Shown: piece after piece, positions 1-12,740 of the stretch
Layout: each line of letters starts with the position of its first letter
Position numbering within the stretch: position 1 is the stretch's first letter
NCBI GenBank assembly: GCA_016748015.1
Contig: JAAOMT010000607.1
Location: forward strand, 831,765-895,764
Direction of reading: 5' to 3'
From: Geosiphon pyriformis uo1
Lineage: Eukaryota > Fungi > Glomeromycota
Length of the DNA: 64,000 bases
Notes under the pieces: generated by a model
Databases searched by the model: none
What the model saw: only the letters and a program-made list of their open reading frames with translations
What the model was told of the DNA's origin: nothing
Position numbers and translations under genes: made by a program

Positions 1-1292
1 TAAGAGAGAGTCTAATTCAGTTCAGAGGAGCTCCGAGCATCCGGAAGAGGATAAATATTTCGAGATATGGCATGACTTTTCCGCTCCTTCTAATACATCC
101 GAGTCGTCTTTGCCATCTGAAAGTGAACTTGAGGAATCTTGGGTAACTCAATCCAAAAAAACAGAAATCGAATCCACTTCTTTGTCTAAAAGTTTTACCA
201 ATAAGAAATCAATTGGTGTCGAAGAAAGTCTTTCAAACCCTAATGAATCCAGCCTACTCACAACCACATGTGCACGAGTTCAAATAGATTTTGAAAATCA
301 AAAAATCTTTACGGCACCATCTGACTCATCTTCATTCAAAAAATCGCCAGGCTCTATTCGGTGTCAGGGTTGCAATAGCAAAACGGGGAATCAATGTGCG
401 CGCTCAATTAAAATTACCAATGAAACCGCAAATTTGGTGGAATGGCATTGCTTTCAGCATCGAGTAGAAAATGCTAATTTGGAGTCTTCCTTAATCATGG
501 AATCTTTAGCATTTGTTCCGGGACAATCGAAAATTGTATGGCTCAGATTTGAGGGTACTCCTTCCGTTTTTAAGTTGATTATTTTATTAACAAGATCTCA
601 ATTGGTGAAATTAAATTTATTATGGTTTTCGGGCATGTGACCAGATTGGGTTAAAAAAAATTTAAAGCCAGAAACTAAAAAAATGTTGGTCGAAGAAATG
701 AAAAAGCCTATATCGGATGGTGATGAACCTGGATTTATTTACGCATATCAATTGGTTGACGGTAACGAGTGATTTTTTCTTTAAAAATTTCATCTTTGGA
801 AAATTTCCTTATAATGTCTCTGTTTTATTCTCCCAAGGCCCTTCTGGGCATCATGATCCAAACTATAACTTATATAAGGTTGGAAGAGCCACTAATGTCC
901 AGCGACGTTTGTACCAATGGCTTCGTCAATGTGGCTATGAGCCAACAGTAATCGAATACTTTCCGAATGTAACACTGCCTAGTTCGTGTTCTCATCATGG
1001 ATCTTTCACACTTAATGTTGAAGATGATCAAGATGATAATGGCTTACAACCTGAATTGATAAATGCGTTTATAAATGGCCCAAAATGTAAGTATACTCAT
1101 CGGGCCGAACGCTTGATACATATTGAGTTGGGTGACAAATATCATGCAAACATGCCGAAATGTGAAGGTTGCGGTAACTATCATCGGGAATGGTTTAAAT
1201 TACCAGCTTCCGATTTGGACGACTGGGACGAATTGAGGCGCGTGATAGTTCATTGGCTGACATACATAGAAAAAACATATGGAGTGGGGTAG
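1..1292 (+). CDS. MUG113 / T5orf172-domain (GIY-YIG-like) protein; 5' end lies upstream of the window; 3 exons visible (<1-554, 645-761, 838-1292)
   Basis: Frame is open from nt 2. GT-AG introns 555-644 and 762-837 join C..C..C..H (RCQGCNSKTGNQC..WHCFQH), DWVKKNLKPETKKMLVEEMKKPISDGDEPGFIYAY, YKVGRATNVQRRLYQWLRQC, ERLIHIEL and CEGCGNYHREWF, the motif series of fungal MUG113-type proteins. Confidence 0.85.
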
Positions 1293-1721
1293 AAGATTCT
1301 GTTGATTCGCTTGTTGAAATCAAAATATTTTTGGAAATCAACCCTTTCTTCAAGACATATTTATCACTTAACTCCCCTGATCAAATAAATCGGTAGATTT
1401 TGCGGATCTAACTTGATGGAAAACCGGAAAAAAAAAATGAATTCAAGATTCCGATATACGCATGTACAAAGACAATAAATAAAAAAAGATTTTGTCACAA
1501 AATGAACTTTTCAAAAGTATTCACATTTTTGGCTCGAAATCAAAGTTAATATATTCTCCATTTGGTGATTCTAATCTGGACAGTAAATTATTTGACATGA
1601 AAAAACTCTTTCCTCAATGAAAAAACAATATCGACTTTTAACACCTTTTTTTTATCAAAAAGATTTCTTACCAAAATAAGTAATTTTTTTTTGAACATTA
1701 TTATAAATTTTATTAAATTAA

Positions 1722-1750
1722 TATACACCGGGTGACTGGTCACGTGTATG
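1722..1750. promoter_or_regulatory. GC-rich imperfect palindrome containing an E-box (GTCACGTG), about 180 nt upstream of the next ATG
   Basis: ATACAC-cgg-GTGAC-tg-GTCAC-GTGTAT in otherwise very AT-rich intergenic DNA; TCACGTG is the bHLH (Cbf1-type) site. Confidence 0.4.
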
Positions 1751-1928
1751 TATATTTTAATGTATTATAATATTTTTCATATACATATAAATCTTGTAAT
1801 ATTTTGAAATGAAATGAATGTAAAAAATATTTTTGTAACATGGTAATTTATTCTATTACTTAATAATTTTATATTAATAAAAACAATTTAAAAATTCTAA
1901 AGTTAGTCTCCTTTTTCATAATAAAACA

Positions 1929-3003
1929 ATGAACTTTTCATCTGAACAAGAAGACAACGAATTTCCAACATTATCCTCACTCGAATCTCTGCCCACAAAA
2001 GACCCACAGGTCTTCTCACTATTTAACACTGAAGATCCGTTGCCACTACCGCCTATACATAAAATTTCACTAAATTCAACTGTTGTTTATTCTGGACAAC
2101 GGTTTCAAACGTATTTGCCTAAATTCCGTAGTTTAGAGTCAAAATCTCGGATTGGTAGTAAAAATCAAAGTGAGTACTTTTAAGTAAACTTTTTGACAGT
2201 AAATGAGATAATGGATGTTACACACTCTGAAATAAATTTCTATTTTATTAACGTAATTTTTCATTATTTTTCTTAATGAATGAATCGCTGTATTAAATTT
2301 TGATGTGAAAATTACTCGAGAAAAAATAATTGAACGTAAGCGAACTGATTCGTTTTTTCGGTATGAAGTTAAGCGTAAAGATAAGGGCTCGAATGTGAAT
2401 ATCATAATTTAACTTTCTTTGGGTTGTAGTTGTCAGATTCACTGAATAATTATGATTTTTTTGATTCAATCCTTCCATTTATCGTCCGAAAAAGAACAGT
2501 CTTTCACACAAAAACTAGTAATTGGACCAGCTATCGGCCCAGTTGTAGCTTTTCATAACATGATACCCTCTTCCCAATCTCGTTCTGCTTCACCATCATC
2601 ATCTTCTTCTTCACCATCACCATCACCATCATTAACCACTCAGACTACAAAGCAAAAACGAAAAGACATCACTAGTGTCCCCAAAAAGACGATATCACCG
2701 AAAAAGAATTCTCGTAAAAAGAAAAGAGGTATATTTGATCCTGACTTTTCAACTGCAAGTGAAAATGGCGATGGTCAAGATGAAGTTGGTGATAATGATG
2801 TAAGAGGAGACAAAGCAAAGGATCAAGCTGATTTTGGATGGGCAATGTTTGAACGTGCTCGTTTAAATGATGATGGCTTGGTTAAAGGTAGTTCAAGTAG
2901 ATCATCAATTACGAGAGGGAAAACGAGAGGTAGTGGAAATAGAAGCGGAGTGCAAAAGAGAAAAAATCGATCAACAAGAGGTCAAAGGATACGAAGAAGT
3001 TAA
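1929..3003 (+). CDS. Hypothetical protein with Ser-rich and basic C-terminus (exons about 1929-2169, 2519-3003)
   Basis: ATG in AAACAATG context; donor GTGAGT at 2170 and an in-phase acceptor TAG at 2518 join the two ORF-track ORFs; gene-like GC and CpG content; NLS-like KKNSRKKKR. Confidence 0.7.
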
Positions 3004-4126
3004 GGTATTGCTACGATTATTTTACATCCATTTGTAGAGTATAAAATATAAAATGATCAAATTCTAAAAATACAAAACGTGTCAATCATCGATTGTTCTC
3101 AAATATGATTTTTTCGTCCAGCATCTAAACAAAATTAAATTATATGCTTATTTTATATGAAGTTAAGTTAATAATTATAAAAAAAGAAAATAACAAAATA
3201 ATAATGAGATAAATAAATAAAATTACTTTGAGACATTTGTAATGATTACATTTTCGATTAAAATTGCTAAAACTTTATTAATTAAACATTAATGTAATTC
3301 TTTTAACTTTTCATATTTATAAATTAATCATTGGTTAAACATTAAGTTAAATATTATTAACATAAAATAAATTTAATAATATTTTTTTTAAGTAATTAAA
3401 AAGTATTATATATATATAAATTTTATTAAATTCAAATGTTTTAAAATTTTATAATATATTTTTAAAATATATTTTTTATTAATATATAAATTATTAACAA
3501 TTTATTAAAATTGAAAATATTAACAAAAAATAAACAATAAAAAATATATAATATTTCAATTATTAAAAAACAATGATTTTATGTTTTTTAAAAACTTTAA
3601 TTCTATTATTATTGTATTTAAATAAGCTTTTTTTTGAAAAAATTGGTTTAATTATTTAATTTTGTTTTATTAAAACTTATAAAATAACTAATTTTAATTT
3701 ATTAAAATAAGTAATTAATTAATTTTAAATTATTAAGTATTTTATTAAACTTTTAAATATTTTGCCAATTTTTTAAATATTACATAGTTTAAAATATTAT
3801 ATAATCTAATTATTGTATTTTTAATTATATTTGTATATTATATAAATTAAAACTATAATAATATTTAATAATTTAATTAAATAATAATTAAGATAATATT
3901 ATATATTAATTGATAATGAAAATTATAAAAATAACTTTATATTAATTAATAATTTAATTTTTATTTAATAATAATACTGTTTTTAAAATATTAAACTTAA
4001 ATTTAATGTTAAAAAATATTTTATAACTACAACTAAAGCAAAGAATAAAAAAGCTGCAACTAATACTTTTTTTTTGGTATTTTATAAAGTTTTAACCAGA
4101 AAAGTTTTCTCTGTTGTATAAATAGT

Positions 4127-5936
4127 TTTATAAGTAATTATTTGAGTGTTACAACAAATAACAAATCCATAACTTGGTATTTAATAACTAGTAATAATAA
4201 TGGTTTCTAAAAGTTTGAAGTTTAAAGATTTTGATTAAATTCTTTGTATAATGAACAAAAATTTAATGAATGGTTTTTTCTATGGATTTTTTTTTTCAAT
4301 ATAATAGTCAGTTTATTCTGACAATTGTGCTTTTTTGGTAAATTATTCTTAAATTTCTATCTTTGTTTCTGGGTCTTTTACCAAACTATTCTTGACATTG
4401 TTATTAATAGAATTTTAATTATTAATTAACATAAAATTATTCTTATAATTCTTATTATTAATTAGTATATTATATTATTTCAAGTATTACTTATTAACTT
4501 AATTAAATTATCAAATATTACTATTTAATTAATAATTTGATTTGTATAAATAGAAATTAAAATAATCAAATTACATAATATTTCGAACTATGTAATATTT
4601 AAGAATTTACCAAAATTTGCAAAAATTTGTAGAAATTTGTAGAAATAATAAATAGTTTATTAAAATAGTTAATAGTTTAATAAAATAATTTGTAGTTTAA
4701 TGAAATATATTTTTAGTTCATTAAAATTATAGCAAAAAAAAAAGTTCAAGTTTATAGACTAGTATTATAACAAGTTGTATAAAAAAAAAGCTTTTTTTTG
4801 AAAAAATGTATTTTTTTATATATATTTTTCTTTAGATTTATTCTTGTTAGTACAATTTAAAAATAAAAATATATTTTAAAAACCAATTTTTAAAAAGCAT
4901 TTATGCTTGATATTTTCTGAAACCTAACTAATACTTTTAAAATTGATTAACTACTAATTTTAGTAAACTATTAGTAACTTCAGATCTGAATAGAAAACAA
5001 TTTTTTTAACAATATTTTATTTTTTTTTCATTTTTTTTATTTTTCTCTTTTTTTATTATTATAATTATTAAGATAACCTACAAACAAAATTCCTGTAGAA
5101 AAGTTGACTTTTATAGCAAAGTAACTACATATTTTTAGTAAGCTTTTAGATGAGCAATTTCTAAGAAAGAGTTAATGTTTACTACAATATAACTATACAA
5201 AGTAATTGGCATAAAATTGGTTATTTCACTAATAAGCCCTATAATTTAAATTATAGAAGATAATTTAAAAATAAAATTCAATTATTAGAGATTTAACTAC
5301 TTTCAAAAAATATGAATTTACAACAAATAAGCATTAACAATATTTAAGAAAAAAAACCAAAAAACTTTCAGTAACAATATTAATTACTTAGTATTTAATT
5401 TTTTTAATTAATTAATAAACAACAAAAAAATAAAACAAAAATAAAAAAAATAAGAAAATGAAATAAAAATTAGTATTTTATTAATAGTTATAATTAAAAA
5501 CTATTGATCTAATGTGGTTATATATTGGATTTTATCAATATAAAGTATTAATAGTATAGAATTTATTAATAATTTTTAATTAATTTTATGATAATATATA
5601 TTTAAATAATAATAGATGTTTTATTAATATTGGTATGATTCTATTTTAAGTTATAAAAAACTATTTTTTAAAAAAAAAAGGATTGAATAATTATTAATCT
5701 CTAATTATTGTTTTAATTTGAATACTTTTTTTGTTTTTAATACTTTTATTATATATACATAATTTGTATTATATAAAATCTTACACATTTTTAAGCAATA
5801 TACTATAATTTTTTAATAATATGTTATGATTTTCTGATAATATGCTTATTTATTGAGTATTATTCTTCTATTAATCTATTTTTACTATCTGTTTTTGTAC
5901 TTTTTTTTTGTACTTTTTTTTCTATAAATAATAACA
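4127..5936 (-). repeat. Degenerate solo LTR (family b, same as 20362-21322 and 31341-32216); boundaries approximate
   Basis: Shares aaataacaaatccataacttggta and tctgggtcttttacca with the 20362 copy; similarity resumes after the nested LTR at 5377. Confidence 0.55.
4399..5376 (+). repeat. Degenerate solo LTR of the Gypsy-B family, nested in the family-b LTR
   Basis: Starts TGTTATTAATAGAATTTTAATTATTAATTAACATAAAATT, the transition-eroded reverse complement of the 51152 end; contains ctgtagaaaagttgacttttatagcaaagtaactacata; ends CAGTAACA; 4-bp TSD ACAT/ATAT. Confidence 0.7.
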
Positions 5937-8900
5937 GCTAGACAGAATGTTTTAAAAGCTTTTTCCTTAGTTAATAATAGTGAAAAGCTGTTTTTGGTGG
6001 CTATTAAAACATCTTTCTCATTTTTGGTTGGTTTTTTATTAGTCAAAATTTTTTTAAAAAAACATACTTAGATTAGTTTCAGTGTTGTTTCTACTCTTAC
6101 CAAGAGCCCAAAAGTTTTTAATAGTAAGCCAATTAACAAATTGAATTTTTCAACCATTGCTGTTATGTCTAATGTCATTAATACCACTTCTTTAAAAATG
6201 GCCAGAAAGATCAAAGATTCCAAAAAACAGAAGCAGTTATTCATTTTTACTATTGTTATACAAATTTCTTTGTGGTTTTTGATAAGATCTTGAATGATAT
6301 CTTTATTGTATTATCTAACATATTATCTAAGATGGGCCAAAATTAACTACTGGTTGTATTTTTAAATATGGTTTTTTTTGGCAAATTATTATTAGTCTTA
6401 GAAATAAAACAACAGTCTTTTATTAAATCATTTATTTTTAAAAACTGGACTGATTAAATAAAAACTGATTTATTTTTTCTGCTAATCTTTGGTACTGTTA
6501 CTAATAGTGTTTAAAAAACTATTTCTAATTATCAAAATTTTGCTAAATAGATAATTTCTACTCTGGTGCTACTTTTAAAATTAAATTGACTTATATTAAG
6601 ACTGTTTTTCAGTTTGTGCATGGTTTTTTGGATATTAAGTCAGTATTAAAAAACAATATAAAGCTTTTTTGCATGAAATTTGTTTTTTAAAAGTCTTTAA
6701 AAACTGTATTTTTGGTTAAGTTTACAAGTTTTGTTCACTTAATCATTCTTAAAATTGTTAAATCTTTGTTGGTTTTTGAGTCTGGTTCTTTTTCTGCTGT
6801 TGTTGTTTTGCATAATGTGCTTTTAAGTGTGTTTGCTGTTGATATTAAGACAATACTTAATGTTTTTGGTGAAATTATCTATGTTATACTGAAACTTGTT
6901 AGTGTTTAATAATATATTATTGTTTATTTTAAAGAATTGAATGTTGCTGTATTTGTTTTAAATTATTGATTGGTGTTGATAAACAAGAATAGTATTAGAA
7001 TTTTTTTTTAATTAATCAAAATAAAACTATTTTGTCTTATAATAAGTTTAAGACCAAATTGGTCAATTTTTTTTTTAACTATATTGCCTTTAAGATTAGT
7101 AATATAATTTTTTAAATTAATAGTCAAACTTGTTTTATTTTTTGCTTTTTTAATTTTAGTTAATGTTTTTAGTTTACTCTGATTATATTTGGATCTTAGA
7201 CTGATTTGAATACTATAGTAGTTAAAATTAATATACTAAAGAAGTACTATATTTGATAAGAAACTTTTAATTATTGGCACTGTTTTAAATATTAAGAAAT
7301 AGACTATCTGATTGTAAATTATAAGATGTTTTCACTTTTTTTTCCAAGAGTTTTAAGATTCTTAAGATATTTATATTATATTTTATAAGTATTAAGTTTT
7401 ATGTTAAAGCTTTTGCTTTTTTGAGTTTTTCTGAGTTTTTATCTCTAATAACTTTTGTTTTTTTTTCTGTAATTGTTGGTGATTCTTTGGTGTCTTCTCA
7501 ATTGACTTTTTTGAAATCTGATTTGGCCAAACTTTTTGCTTTAATTGAGTCAATTATCAAGTCTGTTAACTTTCTAATTGCTGTGTTTGAACAATTTATT
7601 AAGAGTAATTTGCTTTTAAACAGTATTTTTAATCTTAAAATCAATAAACTTATGATTTATTTGAATTTTTTTAGCAAAGTTGTTGATAAGTTGAAAAAAA
7701 ACAGTTTTATTAAAAAAAAGTACTATATAAATAATATTAACATGTTTAATAATTCGGATTTTCTAATTGGTATTAATGATAATACATTTTTTAACTTAAT
7801 ATTTTTTTGAGTACATAAGCCTAATAGTATTAAAACTAATTTTTTAAAAACAGCTGAATAGCTGGTTAGATTGGTTTTTTGTAATGTTAAATTGTTTAAT
7901 ATAGTTTAAAAAATATTAACTTTGAGTAAGTTTACTTTTTATTGTATTAATATAATATAGTTTAAACTAATTTAAATAGCTAGTTACATATAGAAAATAC
8001 ATAAATTATATTTAGTTTTAAAACACTTAGTTTGTTTTTAATTTCTAAATAATAATTGGACTATGTTCATTAAATTTTTAAAAAAAAAATTATTATTGTA
8101 ACTAATATCTTAAAAACAATTTTTAAAACAATTTTATTACAAATTAATTTTAATAAAAACTAAAAATAAAACTTATTTAATAATTTTAACAAAAGCTTTA
8201 TATTTTAATTATAATAATATTAAGTAATTTGAATTAAAAAATTTACAAAAAATTAATTATAAAATAAATTAGAATTTACACTATTAATATTTTTATAATT
8301 GAAAACCATAATTTTTATTAATTATTACATGTATTAGCCATTGATATTACATAATTAGCCATTCTATTTTTAGATAGTAATTAATGATCTGATTATTAAT
8401 TTAATTATTAACCTAGTCATTAATTTAATTGTTGATTATTTTTAATAGCTATATAAGTAATAAGTCTCTTAACTATAAAAAAACATGATCAAATATAAAA
8501 AATAAAATAACAACTATTATCTCAATTCTTCTTATATCACTTATTTTCTTTTTTTACTTTCAAGTATTTGAACATCTTAAAATAAAAGATTACTTGTTGG
8601 GATTTATCTACTTTTTTTTTGACTTATATAATTGTAATATTTAAAGATTATTGAATAAAATGTGATTGAAGAATATTTTTAATACTTGATATTAAATTCT
8701 AAGAATGTTAATATAAAGCATAGAATTATACTAGTGTGTTATTATTTGTTAACAGTATGAACTATTTTTCTATTTTCAAATTTTTTGGTTATCTTTTAAA
8801 AAAATAGTAATTGAGATATTTTATAAGATTGATCTTGCATATTAAATTCATACTTATTTAATTTACTCCTTAAAGTTGAATCCTCTTTAATTAATTCTAT

Positions 8901-9617
8901 TACTTTACAAATTCTGTTTTCTTTTGCTATCTATTAGCTTGTTACTTTAATCCATAATAATATATTTATAAAATTTATTTTATAATACTGTTTTATGTTT
9001 TAATATTTAAAAAAAGCATTTTAAAAAAATGTTGAATATTTGTTTCTATTTTTAAAGAATTTTTTAGGTAATAAAACTATTAAAAACAACAAAAAAAATA
9101 AAACTTGTCTTTTTTTATTTTAATTGTAATCATAAAATTATGAAAAAGAAAGAGTTTTTTGTATATTTATAATTTTTTTTAAAATTAAAATATGTAAACA
9201 CTTTATTAATTTTATATTGTTTAAACAATAATTAAAAACTTTGTAAATTTTGATAAAATTATTGTTTATTAAAATAATAATAAAATTATTTTTGCAAATT
9301 ATTAAAAATTTTTATAAAACTAAAAAATAAATAAATAATATAGTTTTAATTAGTTTGAATAGTTAATAATATGTAAAAAATATATAAATAAAAAACAATA
9401 TTATTAATTGTAATTTAAACCAAAAATTAATATAAAATTACTATTATTAACTTAACAAATATTATTATTTTACATTTTACATTTTACATTAATTATTATT
9501 AATAATGTAATTTGTACAATACACAAATTATAATTAAAATTATGTAATATTAAAAAATGATTTATAAGAATAATATTATGAAAAAATTTGATTTTTTGCG
9601 ATTTATGCTGCACAACT

Positions 9618-9648
9618 TATAAAAGCGGGGGTAGGGTTGATTCAACCC
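9618..9648 (+). promoter_or_regulatory. TATA box (TATAAAAG) plus perfect palindrome GGGTTGA-T-TCAACCC upstream of RSM22
   Basis: Seen directly at the border between the AT desert and the gene, about 120-150 nt before ATG 9770. Confidence 0.35.
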
Positions 9649-9769
9649 CAAGTTTTAAGTTTTCGAAGAACTTTCTAGATATAAAAGTTTTCAGCTGATC
9701 CTAAACATAGATTTTAAATATAAGTATCAGTTTCGGAAAGCTTAATTTCTCATTTCAGATTTTAAAAAT

Positions 9770-12450
9770 ATGTATAAATTTCTAAGATTTCCCAAGGGAC
9801 CAATCAGTTCAATTTCTCAAAGGCCTCATGTAACATTTCGATTTTTTACCAATCCACCGCCATCGTTCTTACTTGAGTAAGTAACCGAAGTGATTAAACC
9901 AAAGAATTTGAACATGTCTTTCACTCATTTATTTACTTTTAGAGAAGAAGCGTTCAAAGTGTTATTGAAGGATTTTAAAACTTCATTGAGCATGGTCAAT
10001 GATTTTCAAAAGCAAAATGCTCTTGATTCAATTTCAAGAGAATTTCAAAATGAAGATCTTAATGAGTGGAGAGATGAGGATGAAGATGAAGTTATAGTTC
10101 GTCGATCACCAGAGGGAACTTTTGGTAAAAAACGAATAGGAATGGTTGTATTACCACAATGGTTGGATGCTGCAGTAATGGAATCAATCAAAGGTTGGCT
10201 TTATCACTGATATGTTTTTGTAAGTTCCCACCGAAGTCGCTGCCTAAATGTTACACAAAGAACTTCACGTGATTGGGATAGGTACATCTTTTATATTGTC
10301 TATCATAACCCATACCTCCAACTTATTTAAGATTATGACAGGGATTTATTACGGGTTGACGCGTTGCGGATTTATGACTCTCTTCGTTCAACTACCGGAT
10401 TCATGGAAGCTGAAATGGCAGCAAAAAATAAAGGTGGTATTGGATACTATCTTAAAATTAACTTTTCCTGAACTTTCGATTTTCGATTTCTAGATCCACT
10501 CTTCGGACCTTGCAAATCTGCAGCTAGATCTTTTAAAGATGCGGCAAGTAAACATCCAAATAAGCCACATTTGCTTCAATATGGAACTCGTGAATCGATG
10601 GCCTATATGACAGGCTATATGCCGATCGCTTATGGGCCAATTTATAATGTTCTCGCTGAATTGCGAACGCGTTTGCCGGATTTTTTTCCTAAACGCATAC
10701 TAGATGTCGGAACAGGACCTGGGACAGCTTTATGGTAAATGAATATTAAAAGATTTTCAAAATAAAATAAAGAAATCAGAATCAAATCTTGAAATCTTCT
10801 AGGGCGGCAAACGAAGTATGGGGAAGCAACATCCAGTTATTATTAGGAATTGACAATTCCCACCCAATGCTTCAAATCGCCGACGCATTATTGGCCAGTA
10901 TGTATTTTTCCTTTTCATCTTGCTTAGCTGATTTTAAAAATAACTATTTTCTGACCCAAATATTTTTATAGTGCGCCCCAAAACAAGTCCAAATTCAGAA
11001 TTCGTTTTCAAACGTTATATGGAATATGATTCCAATGTAAGAAGTTTGTGTCATTTCTCTTCAACTGTTAATTTCGTTTAATATAGATAACTATGATTTT
11101 AGGAAGAGAAATATGATCTTGTCATTAGCTCTTTCGCGCTCAATGAATTTGGTGGTGAAGGGATTAAGAGCGCAATGATTAATTCAATGTGGAATCAGAC
11201 TAAGGATATATTGGTATTTGATATGCTATCTCACCCATAAACGCGATTTTGGTGATTTATAGAAAAGTATATAAATAGGTTTTGGTCGAAAGAGGAACGC
11301 CTGCAGGTTTTCAGGCAATCGCTAAGGCACGTAAAAAAATCTTGGAAGAGTCCAACAATCAACTTGTGATGGCTCAGCAAGGTATCAGTCTTGGGCAAAC
11401 TTTCTCACAAGAGAACCCCGTTACAAAAGCAGAAAAAGATTCGACCTCAATTCAAGGAGCCCATGTTGTCGCACCTGTAGTGTATAATCCTGTTTTCTCG
11501 AAAGATTGAAGATCTAGTTATTGTATATTGAAATTAAATTTTGCACAAATATACACATTTCACAAGTGTCCACACGATGGCCAGTGTCCGATACTCTCAT
11601 CCAGAAATTGGTGCCATTTCTCGCAAAGGATACAAAGACCTTCTTATCTAGTAAGGCCGTTTTGTGTTTGTCATATTTCATCATTTATTTGGAATACATA
11701 ATTTTTGTCTTACTTATTTACAAAATCCAATACATCTCTTCATTTGACTAGATGAAAACTAAAAATGCCAAAGTTAATATTGAAGACGCTATGTACTCTT
11801 ATGTGGTGATTCGAAAAGGAACTCGTCCAGGTTTTACTGCTTCCACAAAGTCAGAGGAAGGCGTGAATGGTATTTACACCGCCGATTGATATTAAATTAA
11901 GAGGACATCAAATGATTATGTTTTTCCTAAATTCAAATAGTACTAGCTAATCGCGCTTATCACTGGCCTCGCCTAATATTGCCGCCACTTAAACGCAAAG
12001 AACATGTTGTAATGGACTGTTGCGTAAAAAATGGCAAGTTTATTTCCCTTCTTGTAAATTCAGTTCCTCTCGAAAATTGAAACCCGAGTAAATGTCTTTT
12101 TACGGTCAATAGGAGTTATTGAAAGGTTCATAATCCCAAAATCCCAAGGTAAAATACCGTATAATGATGCCAAGAAAATAATGTGGGGTGACTTGTTCCC
12201 ACACACTCCAAAAAATAAGGGAGTACAAAGATTGGGTATACCGGATGCTGAAAGACAATTAAGTACCCCTCGCTCTGCCGAAAACCCAATATCGATAAGC
12301 AAGAAACAGAGATTCCTGCAAGTAGAAGATGGTCAAGATACGCCGCTTCCAAAGCACCAAAAAATGTCCCGGAGCCAATTTAACAGGTTGACCACACCTC
12401 AATTAACACATCGCCTTCCAAAACTCAAAGAGAGAAAGTCTTATAAATAA
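9770..12450 (+). CDS. RSM22: Mitochondrial small ribosomal subunit assembly factor Rsm22 / METTL17-family SAM-binding protein (multi-exon)
   Basis: Presequence-like N-terminus (MYKFLRFPKGPISSISQR); spliced motifs LRVDALRIYDSLRST, FFPKRILDVGTGPGTALW (SAM motif I), YDLVISSFALNE, ERGTPAGF, HVVAPCPHDGQCP..WCHFSQRIQRP, RLILPPLKRKEHVVMDCC, ARKIMWGDLFP; first introns 9877-9942 and 10194-10331. Confidence 0.92.
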
Positions 12451-12740
12451 ATTCTATACGTTCTATGCGAGAAATTTCATGGCAAAGGAAAGAATTGGAA
12501 ATATTTTTAAATATTTCTTGAATAGAAAATTATATTGTTATTTTCCATGCTTCGGTTGGATTTTGAAATTTCATAAATTAATCCAAGTCTTGATAATAAC
12601 TTGAAATTGGATGATAACGCGTGAAAAATACAATGAATTATAAATGGGAACATAAAATGCTAAGGGAATCTTCTATTGAAGTATAGGTGATGAATAGAAT
12701 ATCTCTTTCTAGAATATTATATACAAAAGGATAAAATATA

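Larger units (their letters stand above)
4020..8090 (+). mobile_element. Degenerate ORF1-only LINE-like (HAL1-like) element, interrupted by nested solo LTRs at about 4127-5936
   Basis: Decayed ORF1/gag-like frame (about 4020-4125 plus 5937-7955) with eroded zinc knuckle CFKY*EIDYLIVNY (restorable to CxxCxxxGHxxxxC) near 7281-7322. It is followed directly by an eroded copy of the LINE 3' UTR (..gctagttacatatagaaaatacata..ttggactatgttcattaaa) and an A-tail at 8080-8089. Confidence 0.6.

Noticed and set aside
8100-9590. Possible further TE relic, centromere or organellar insert in AT-rich DNA
   Set aside because: Too eroded to assign; no recognisable organellar genes; neighbouring AT tracts are demonstrably decayed retroelements.
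9626-9660. tRNA or Pol III gene
   Set aside because: Only a loose B-box resemblance; no cloverleaf or A-box.
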